Shown here: in pieces, positions 6,841-13,061 of the stretch
How the letters are laid out: every line of letters begins with the position of its first letter
How positions within the stretch are numbered: the stretch's first letter is position 1
Assembly: GCA_023444055.1 (NCBI GenBank)
Contig: JAEZRV010000048.1
Coordinates: 1 to 24,000, forward strand
Length of the DNA: 24,000 bases
Source of the DNA: Bacillota bacterium
GTDB lineage: Bacteria > Bacillota > Clostridia > Acetivibrionales > DSM-1351
Direction: 5' to 3'
Notes under the pieces: model-generated
Databases searched by the model: none
Seen by the model: the letters and a program-made list of their open reading frames with translations, nothing else
What the model was told of the DNA's origin: nothing
Translations under genes and position numbers: made by a program

Positions 6841-8076
6841 ATGAACCATTATAAACTCAATTACTCCTATGTCGGTGTTGATACCCACAAGGAGTTCCAT
6901 GTTGCTGTAGTTATTAACTTCTTCAATGAAAAACTGGGGGAAGTTAAGTTTGATAACAAGCCCGCCACCTTTGGTGCAATGCTTGGTAAAGTTAAAAAGT
7001 TAAGCGGAGAATTAACTCCTGTATTCGCTCTTGAAGATGTGGGCGGCTATGGAAGGAGTTTAGCTGTATACCTTACGGAGAAGAAGGAAACTGTTAAGGC
7101 TGTTAATCCTGCTCTTGCTAATGACAGAAGAAAGAGTACGCCAACCTATAAGAAGGATGATAGCTTTGACGCTCTAACGGTAGCAAAGGTCTTGAAAGAA
7201 GACTTTGACGAACTTCCTACAGCTAATCCAACGGATATTTACTGGGCGTTAGCCCAATTGGTAGGACGGCGGGATTCACTTGTAAAGAATACCGTCATCA
7301 TACAGAACCAATTACACGATATGTTGAAACATCACTATCCTTCATATAGGAAGTTCTTTACAGAGATAGATTCACAGACAGCCTTAGCATTTTGGGAAGA
7401 ATATCCCGCCCCACATTGCTTGGAAGGTGTTACTCTAGAACAGTTTACGGTATTCTTGAATAAAGCAAGTCATAATATATGTTCTACAAAGAAGGCACAG
7501 GCGATTTTAGAACTGGTGGCGGCTGATGGTAATACTCAACGAGAATATCAAGCTACAAGAGATACTATAGTAAAGAGTATAGTTAAACAGATTAAGTTCA
7601 ACAAGCAGGAGATAGCAGATACAGAGAAGGAAATGGTAGCTATACTGGCTGAAATGGGTTACAAACTTGAATCTATGCCTGGGATTAGTACCGTTACCGC
7701 CGCCAACCTTATAGCAGAGATAGGGGACATTAAAAGATTTCCTAATGCTGATAAGTTAGCGAGATTTGCTTCTATTGCTCCTGTAAAATATAGTTCGGCG
7801 GGGAAGGGAAATGACCAGAAGGCTAAACAAGGTAACAGAACATTACACGGTATATTCTACTTTCTAGCAGTACAACAGGTACAGACACATCCTAAGACAA
7901 AGAAACCACGAAATCAAGCCTTCTATGACTACTATCAGAAGAAGCAGAAGGAAGGTAAATCAAAGCCACAGGCTCTAACATGTGTAATGAGAAGGTTATG
8001 CACTATCATATATAGCATGATGAAGTACAAGACAGAATATGTTATGCCTGTTATTCCCAATGAGGAAGCAGTATGA
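6841..8076 (+). CDS. IS110-family transposase/recombinase (DEDD N-terminal domain plus Transposase_20 C-terminal domain)
   Basis: YVGVDTHKEFHVAVV is the N-terminal DEDD motif. MPGISTVTAANLIAEIGDIKRFPNADKLARFASIAPVKYSSAGKG is the typical C-terminal helix-hairpin-helix/Ser region. SD GAAAGGGTGG lies upstream. Confidence 0.92.
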   Translation: MNHYKLNYSYVGVDTHKEFHVAVVINFFNEKLGEVKFDNKPATFGAMLGKVKKLSGELTPVFALEDVGGYGRSLAVYLTEKKETVKAVNPALANDRRKSTPTYKKDDSFDALTVAKVLKEDFDELPTANPTDIYWALAQLVGRRDSLVKNTVIIQNQLHDMLKHHYPSYRKFFTEIDSQTALAFWEEYPAPHCLEGVTLEQFTVFLNKASHNICSTKKAQAILELVAADGNTQREYQATRDTIVKSIVKQIKFNKQEIADTEKEMVAILAEMGYKLESMPGISTVTAANLIAEIGDIKRFPNADKLARFASIAPVKYSSAGKGNDQKAKQGNRTLHGIFYFLAVQQVQTHPKTKKPRNQAFYDYYQKKQKEGKSKPQALTCVMRRLCTIIYSMMKYKTEYVMPVIPNEEAV

Positions 8077-8092
8077 TAGAATAAAATTGTCC

Positions 8093-8153
8093 TCTGTATT
8101 GATAATGCCCCATGGTGGGGCAATTATTTTAGGTGGAGTATTTTCAATGCAGA
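8093..8153 (+). repeat. Leader module copy 1 (hairpin, T-tract, SD, ATG)
   Basis: TCTGTATTGATAATGCCCCATGGTGGGGCAATTATTTTAGGTGGAGTATTTTCAATGCAGA. Hairpin GCCCCA/TGGGGC at 8107-8121, SD-like GGTGGAG at 8132-8138, ATG at 8147. It is a direct repeat of 8614-8674, offset 521 nt. Confidence 0.85.
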
Positions 8154-8215
8154 TGGAATATGCGAATCTATATAATATAGCACAAGAGAAATTTAACGAA
8201 ATTAGGATGTGTTAA
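8147..8215 (+). CDS. Possible 22-codon leader uORF (MQMEYANLYNIAQEKFNEIRMC) from the conserved SD/ATG
   Basis: The conserved GGTGGAG lies 8 nt upstream. The TAA stop (8213-8215) is 1 nt before the ATG at 8217. Translation is untested. Confidence 0.25.
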   Translation: MQMEYANLYNIAQEKFNEIRMC

Positions 8216-8216
8216 A

Positions 8217-8612
8217 ATGCTTGATTGGACTGAAAGTACAACGATTAAGATCATTGCATTATATAAATACAAAGGTATTGAGTTTGATACTATCTTTACT
8301 ACAATTTTTAATATAATTAAGAAAGGGATTGGTGTAGACCCTGTGCAGTGGATTGAAGAGATGAGGAAAAATAGAATAAAGGGATTAAATGCCGCACAAA
8401 AAGCGGCTTTCAACAGTTTGCCTTTACTGTTTTGGATTTGTGAAGAAAATAAATTAAAATCTTCCTTTAATCAAGCACTAGACCATGTATTAATAACTGA
8501 AGGAATAGATATTGCTAGTGTACAGATGGATTTGTACTATGAATATTTGAATCCAAGTGATGAAATGAAAAAAGAGAAGTATTTGGCACAAGGGTATAAA
8601 AGAAAAAGATAA
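8217..8612 (+). CDS. Hypothetical protein, 131 aa, no family recognised
   Basis: Clean ORF with a weak AGGA 9 nt upstream. It is followed directly by leader module copy 2. Confidence 0.55.
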   Translation: MLDWTESTTIKIIALYKYKGIEFDTIFTTIFNIIKKGIGVDPVQWIEEMRKNRIKGLNAAQKAAFNSLPLLFWICEENKLKSSFNQALDHVLITEGIDIASVQMDLYYEYLNPSDEMKKEKYLAQGYKRKR

Positions 8613-8613
8613 A

Positions 8614-8674
8614 TCTGTATTGAAAATGCCCCACAGTGGGGCTTATATTTTGGGTGGAGTATTTTCAATGCAGA
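8614..8674 (+). repeat. Leader module copy 2 (hairpin, T-tract, SD, ATG)
   Basis: TCTGTATTGAAAATGCCCCACAGTGGGGCTTATATTTTGGGTGGAGTATTTTCAATGCAGA. Hairpin at 8628-8642, SD at 8653-8659, ATG at 8668. Differences from copy 1 fall in the hairpin loop and the T-tract, while the stem and a 22-nt SD-ATG block are identical. Confidence 0.85.
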
Positions 8675-8700
8675 GGGGACTAGTAGGCTTGAATACTTGA
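8668..8700 (+). CDS. Possible 10-codon leader uORF (MQRGLVGLNT) from the conserved SD/ATG
   Basis: Its stop TGA (8698-8700) overlaps the TTG (8697-8699) that opens the deaminase ORF, in a TTGA arrangement. Confidence 0.25.
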   Translation: MQRGLVGLNT

Positions 8701-9185
8701 GAGGTAAATATGGAACCCTAACTCCTAATGAGATTAACCAACGTATTAATTTAAGAGGGGCTGTAGCTGACGAGTATGCTAGATTGAAAGCTCAAGGATT
8801 AAGTAAAAATGATATGGGTCCAGCACTCGCAGGTGTTTTCGACAAAAAGACAGGACAGTATTTCTTTGGTTTGAATGCAAGAGGTCCTGAGATTCCAAGT
8901 AACCTTTCAACTGAAATGGCTACAAGATTTAATGATATGCCAGTTGATGTTATAAACAGTTATGTTAAGACTAAAGGGGCAGGCTCACATGCTGAAATAT
9001 ATGCATTAAATGAAGCATGGTTAGCACGTCCTGGCGCAGCTCCATCTGACTTCATGATGTATGTAATAAATGCAGGTGGTAAAGCACCTACAAGGGGAAT
9101 GCTTATTCCACGTTGCCCACATTGTGAATATTTAACAAGTGGAGTAAAATATATACCTGAGGTGATGAAGTATGGCAAAAAATAA
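8697..9185 (+). CDS. Nucleic-acid deaminase toxin domain protein (CDA fold, YwqJ-like); start uncertain
   Basis: GSHAEIYALNEAW (H-A-E zinc/catalytic motif) and IPRCPHCEYL (PCxxC) are present. The frame is open back to 8613 but has no in-frame ATG, only the TTG at 8697 without a clear SD. A YwqK-like gene overlaps its end. Confidence 0.8.
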   Translation: MRGKYGTLTPNEINQRINLRGAVADEYARLKAQGLSKNDMGPALAGVFDKKTGQYFFGLNARGPEIPSNLSTEMATRFNDMPVDVINSYVKTKGAGSHAEIYALNEAWLARPGAAPSDFMMYVINAGGKAPTRGMLIPRCPHCEYLTSGVKYIPEVMKYGKK

Positions 9186-9591
9186 CCGTATTGAAGAAGA
9201 TATGCTAGAGTTTGATGATGATGTTAAATGTTATAATGGGGTTCCATTTACTGGTATAGGATTTGAAAAATATCCAAATGGTAATTTGAAAAGTGAAACT
9301 CCTTATGAAGATGGGTTCCAGAGTGGAACCAGTAGGGAGTGGTATTCAACAGGACAGACTATGTGTGAACTAGAGTGGAAAAAAGGTGCTAGATTCTCTA
9401 AGAGAAAGTGTTGGTATCAAAATGGCGTAGTAAAGTCAGTTTCAAATTACGAATGGGGTATAGAACTTAATTATAAGGAGTATAATGAGAAGGGTGAATT
9501 AGTTACGGATAGAGAACTCGACCCTAATTCACCTGATTCGCAGTATGCAGTTCTACTAAAGTTTAGGCAAGTCTATGGAGAGCAAGAATGA
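9172..9591 (+). CDS. YwqK-like MORN-repeat-variant immunity/antitoxin protein
   Basis: GAGGTGA SD. Overlaps the deaminase ORF by 14 nt. Repeats of the pattern G....W/Y..G....E..Y..G (YPNGNLKSETPYEDGFQSGTSREWYSTGQTMCELEWKKG...WYQNGVVKSVSNYEWG) are as in the YwqK family paired with YwqJ deaminase toxins. Confidence 0.75.
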   Translation: MAKNNRIEEDMLEFDDDVKCYNGVPFTGIGFEKYPNGNLKSETPYEDGFQSGTSREWYSTGQTMCELEWKKGARFSKRKCWYQNGVVKSVSNYEWGIELNYKEYNEKGELVTDRELDPNSPDSQYAVLLKFRQVYGEQE

Positions 9592-10262
9592 TATTTTGCT
9601 AAAGCTTTACGAACAGCTTGGTCAGCTCGGCGTGTAGTCTCTGGTAAGCGAAAGTTAGGGGATAGTTTTAAAACCCAATTACAGGCTGTTTGAAGAGAAA
9701 TGCGATGCCCTATAGAAACATAGACAGGTTTGATATTATCTTGGGTTCTCAACACATTACCAATAGTTTCTTTGTTATCAATTAGGGGCGCATAGTCGCC
9801 CCTTTTTATTCCTATTTCTGCTGTTTCACCAATTAATCTTGCTTTGCCGCAACCAATGGTAGGCACATCAAAAAGCACGCCTAAGTGACAAGATAGTCCG
9901 GCGCGTCTTGGGTGAGCAAGCCCATGCCCATCGCAGATAATAACGTCTGGAGTGATACTTAATTGCTGTAATGCTTTTGCTATGGGGGGAAGTTCTCTAA
10001 ATGAGAACAAGCCAGGGATATAGGGGAATTGAACAGTATCTTCAGCAATTTCAGTTTCAACAACTTCAAGGGAGTTTACATCTAATATTACTACTGCTGA
10101 AAATAGTTTATCACTATGCTTGTCATAAGCAACATCAACACCTCCAACATATCTAATATCATTTAACATATCTTCTTTTATAACTTTTCTGGCAATGTCT
10201 GATTGAAGAACTAAGGCTTCTTTTTCACTCAGGTTCCATGGATGTATAAAATTAGGTGTCAT
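9573..10262 (-). CDS. nfi: Endonuclease V (deoxyinosine 3' endonuclease)
   Basis: Full-length match of pattern: GGVDVAY, FPYIPGLFSFRELPP, ICDGHGLAHPRRAGLSCHLGV. SD AAGGAGA upstream on the minus strand. Confidence 0.92.
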   Translation of the reverse strand: MTPNFIHPWNLSEKEALVLQSDIARKVIKEDMLNDIRYVGGVDVAYDKHSDKLFSAVVILDVNSLEVVETEIAEDTVQFPYIPGLFSFRELPPIAKALQQLSITPDVIICDGHGLAHPRRAGLSCHLGVLFDVPTIGCGKARLIGETAEIGIKRGDYAPLIDNKETIGNVLRTQDNIKPVYVSIGHRISLQTACNWVLKLSPNFRLPETTRRADQAVRKALAKYHSCSP

Positions 10263-10543
10263 AAGCTTGTCATCTCCTTAATTAACTATATTATATCATA
10301 AAGGAGTAAAAGTGAGCTGCTATGGATTATATTGAAGGTAATTGTACTTTAGAACAGGCCGTTAGTAATATGGAGCAAAAAGTTATTTTATATCTAAATG
10401 AATAAGCTAGTTTTTTGAAATAATGACCTTTTTCTTTGTTTCTACTGTCACATTTTTTTAATTTGAATAACCAAGCATAAAAATATATAATAAATATAGG
10501 TATAATTACTCAGTATATATTTCTAAAACTTGGAGCTGATTTG

Positions 10544-11710
10544 ATGAAGAAATTGAAAGAAGCACTTTCAATTGTACTTAGCGTTGCATCAATATTTGGG
10601 GCCTCTTTACCTGCATATGCACCAAATAATATAATTGAAGAGGTTATTGCTACATATGTGCCTATTAATGAGTTAGACAAAAATGCTACGTATGTTGCAT
10701 TAGGTGATTCTATTACAACAGGATATGGTCTAGAAAATTTCAACAGTAATGATATTAAAAATAAATCAAGTGCAAAAAGTTTTGCTAATAAATTAAGCGC
10801 TAAATTAGGTAAAGAAGCTGTAAACTTGGGTGTAGATGGAATGGATTCAACTAGACTTTTACAAATGATTTCCAATCCTGCAACAGAAGAACAGGAAGCT
10901 ACAGTAGCTCAAATAGAGAAGGCGGGAGTTATAACTATTTCTATAGGTGGAAATGACGTTTTTCTTGCATTAGCAGGGGTTATGAATGAAGAACTTGGGA
11001 ATGGCAAAAATCTTTTTAATGCTAGCAAACAGGATATTCTAAAAGTAACAATGGAGCTGCTTTTTAATAAAAGTGCTAAAGAGAATTTAAACAATAAAGT
11101 AATTGCAGCTACAAAAATGTTTATTGGAGACCCTGAATATAATAAAGATGGGAACTTTTCTAATATAATAAGCACAATAAAAGAGTTAAATACTGATGCT
11201 CGAATTGTAGTACAAACAGTTTATAATCCATATGATTTACAGATTACAGACTTTTGTAATTCGGCAGTAGAGTCTATAAATGCAAAGATAATTAATGACT
11301 CTGAAAATGGTAATAATTACTTAGTAGCTGATGTATATTCAGCTTTTGCAAAGGCTAAATCAGGTACGATACTTGTGAATTCTGATACGGGAAAGACCTT
11401 TGATCCACATCCGACTGCAAAAGGGCACGAGGTTATTTATACAGTAATTGCTTCTGCTTTGCAAAATAATACATTACCATATAAAATAAAAACTGCTATT
11501 GTAAATGGAAAATTGACGGATAGTGTCTATCAAGGAGAACTGCTTTTGACTGTAACACCAAATAAAGACTACAAAGTGCCAAAAAGTATTTCAGTTACAA
11601 TTGGAAGCGGTGCTAAAGTAATTCTTGATGTAAACAGCAATGGCATGGCATCAATGCCAATAGCTGATGTTGGGTCAGATATTATGGTTAGTGGGATTTG
11701 TGTTAATTGA
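10544..11710 (+). CDS. Secreted SGNH/GDSL-family hydrolase with a C-terminal beta-rich domain
   Basis: Signal peptide MKKLKEALSIVLSVASIFGASLPAYA. Block I YVALGDSITTGYG, block II ISIGGNDV, block V DPHPTAKGHEVI. GGAG lies 8 nt upstream of the ATG at 10544; the ORF track starts at the TTG at 10541. Confidence 0.85.
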   Translation: MKKLKEALSIVLSVASIFGASLPAYAPNNIIEEVIATYVPINELDKNATYVALGDSITTGYGLENFNSNDIKNKSSAKSFANKLSAKLGKEAVNLGVDGMDSTRLLQMISNPATEEQEATVAQIEKAGVITISIGGNDVFLALAGVMNEELGNGKNLFNASKQDILKVTMELLFNKSAKENLNNKVIAATKMFIGDPEYNKDGNFSNIISTIKELNTDARIVVQTVYNPYDLQITDFCNSAVESINAKIINDSENGNNYLVADVYSAFAKAKSGTILVNSDTGKTFDPHPTAKGHEVIYTVIASALQNNTLPYKIKTAIVNGKLTDSVYQGELLLTVTPNKDYKVPKSISVTIGSGAKVILDVNSNGMASMPIADVGSDIMVSGICVN

Positions 11711-11768
11711 CGATAACTGATTACTCTTCCATCGTCCATGACATCTAGGAGGCTTCAGTATATTCAAA

Positions 11769-11922
11769 AGTATTGGCTTTAGAATAATCCGAATTATCGT
11801 CTTTAGACTAAAACCAAAGTATCAGCTATGACATAATATAAATCATTAGATTTACTTAATTTAAAGCATTTGGTTTTAGTATAATCACAAATATGGTTTT
11901 GGCCTAAAACCAAAGTATCAGG
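11769..11922. repeat. Duplicated unit of about 57 nt containing TTGGYTTTAG and CTAAAACCAAAGTATCAG elements
   Basis: CTAAAACCAAAGTATCAG occurs at 11807-11824 and 11903-11920. Its complement TTTGGTTTTAG occurs at 11869-11879 and could pair with either copy. Confidence 0.6.
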
Positions 11923-11959
11923 GCTTTAGCAAATTATTATTGACTAAGAAAGGGAAAGA

Positions 11960-12601
11960 ATGAGATTATTTTTTGCAATTGAGTTTAAAGAGGAATTAAA
12001 AGAATTTTTATTTAACATACAACAAGATGTTAGAGAGCACTGTATGGGAGGTAATTTTACTTCAAAAGATAATTTTCACTTGACATTACGATTTATTGGT
12101 GAGCAAAGCCCTAGTCAAGCAGAGCAATTGATAGCTGTGCTTAAAGATACTGCTATTAGCTTTAAAAATAGTATTAATAGCTTTAAAGATAGTGAATTAA
12201 AGTTAACGAAAAAACTACAGCCTATGCAAGACGGAGGCTCTCCAGAGTTTGAGATAGGGGTTAATACGTTTGGGTTTCAATTAAGGTTAAATAAGATTGG
12301 CAAATTTGATAGGGGAAATAAAAAAATTATATGGGTTGGGCTAAAGAGAAGCCGAGAGCTTGAAAATTTATATAATAAACTTGAAAATACTCTGTTAAAT
12401 TATGGGTATAGCAAAGAAGATAGAGGCTTCAATCCACATATAACATTGGCAAGAGAAGTTAAAATAGAGGATTTTGAGCAGGTGGTAAATAAAATAGAGA
12501 TTAATACTTTACCAATCAATGTCAATGCTATTTCACTTATGGAGAGTAAACGAATTGATAACAAGCTATGTTATGTTCCTTTAATGAGAGCTGAATTTTA
12601 A
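11960..12601 (+). CDS. thpR: RNA 2',3'-cyclic phosphodiesterase (2H phosphoesterase, LigT/ThpR family)
   Basis: Two H-x-T-L motifs (FHLTLRFIG and PHITLAR); N-terminus MRLFFAI. It is longer than typical because of a central insert. Confidence 0.85.
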   Translation: MRLFFAIEFKEELKEFLFNIQQDVREHCMGGNFTSKDNFHLTLRFIGEQSPSQAEQLIAVLKDTAISFKNSINSFKDSELKLTKKLQPMQDGGSPEFEIGVNTFGFQLRLNKIGKFDRGNKKIIWVGLKRSRELENLYNKLENTLLNYGYSKEDRGFNPHITLAREVKIEDFEQVVNKIEINTLPINVNAISLMESKRIDNKLCYVPLMRAEF

Positions 12602-12658
12602 CTTGTTATTAGCCATTAGATTATAAAATAATAAATAAGTTCCAAATATAAATGGAGA

Positions 12659-12693
12659 AGCGCGAGATAAGACATTTTATCACGTGCTTTTTT
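12659..12693 (+). terminator. Rho-independent terminator of thpR
   Basis: AGCGCGAGATAA / TTATCACGTGCT stem (one mismatch, one G.U), 6-nt loop, then TTTTTT. Confidence 0.65.
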
Positions 12694-13061
12694 GTTAGTA
12701 ACTTAATTTTCTAACTCAATTTTCCAAGCTCAAAATTGAAGAGGTTCAAACTTATTAATGAAAAATTCCATATTGATTGACAAGTGTATAGCTTAGCGAA
12801 TTTCTGTTATTCAAACTTATAATATGGAAAAATGCATAGTATATGATAGAATGAAGTAATTTTGGTGTAATAACCCAAAATTTTTAAAAAATTTTGTTAT
12901 TTTGTAAAGAAACAACTTGAAAACAAGTTAATAGTAACGTAAGATTAATAGTGTAGGTACAAAATGTACCTAATGTAATATTATAACAAAATATAAGTTA
13001 TCGTAGTGGTTATTTTACATATCATTGTATAAAAATAATATAATTTATAAAGGAGATTATT

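Larger units (their letters stand above)
6659..8093 (+). mobile_element. IS110-family insertion sequence, about 1.43 kb, ends approximate
   Basis: A single DEDD-type transposase ORF with a 182-nt non-coding left end and a 17-nt right end, an architecture typical of the IS110 subgroup; no terminal inverted repeats were noticed. Joining the flanks ATAAAT (6653-6658) and CTGTATTGA (8094-8102) recreates ATAAATCTGTATTGA, which is found uninterrupted at 8609-8623. Confidence 0.7.

Noticed and set aside
8613-8696. Reading the 61-bp repeat as the conserved coding junction of an orphan toxin C-terminal cassette (CIENAPQWGLYFGWSIFNAEG)
   Set aside because: Not fully excluded, but copy 1 is followed by a stop after about 20 codons with no toxin domain. 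Substitutions between copies are not biased to third codon positions and spare the hairpin stem. The SD-ATG interpretation explains the perfectly conserved 22-mer better.
10322-10405. 27-codon ORF (MDYIEGNCTLEQAVSNMEQKVILYLNE) in the nfi / GDSL-hydrolase divergent intergenic region
   Set aside because: There is no SD at proper spacing and nothing to indicate it is coding. It is likely chance.
12150-12200. Short in-frame tandem duplication inside thpR (AISFKNSINSFKDS; TAGCTTTAAAAATAGT / TAGCTTTAAAGATAGT)
   Set aside because: This is a small local duplication within a loop insert of a housekeeping enzyme, with no evidence of functional significance.
12602-13061. 460-nt AT-rich intergenic region upstream of the MCP gene with small palindromes (AACTTG-AAAA-CAAGTT around 12915-12930; TAGGTACA-AAA-TGTACCTA at 12954-12972)
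   Set aside because: Short AT-rich palindromes are common in such promoter regions. No repeat family, ORF or conserved RNA-like GC stems are visible. They are noted only as possible operators.
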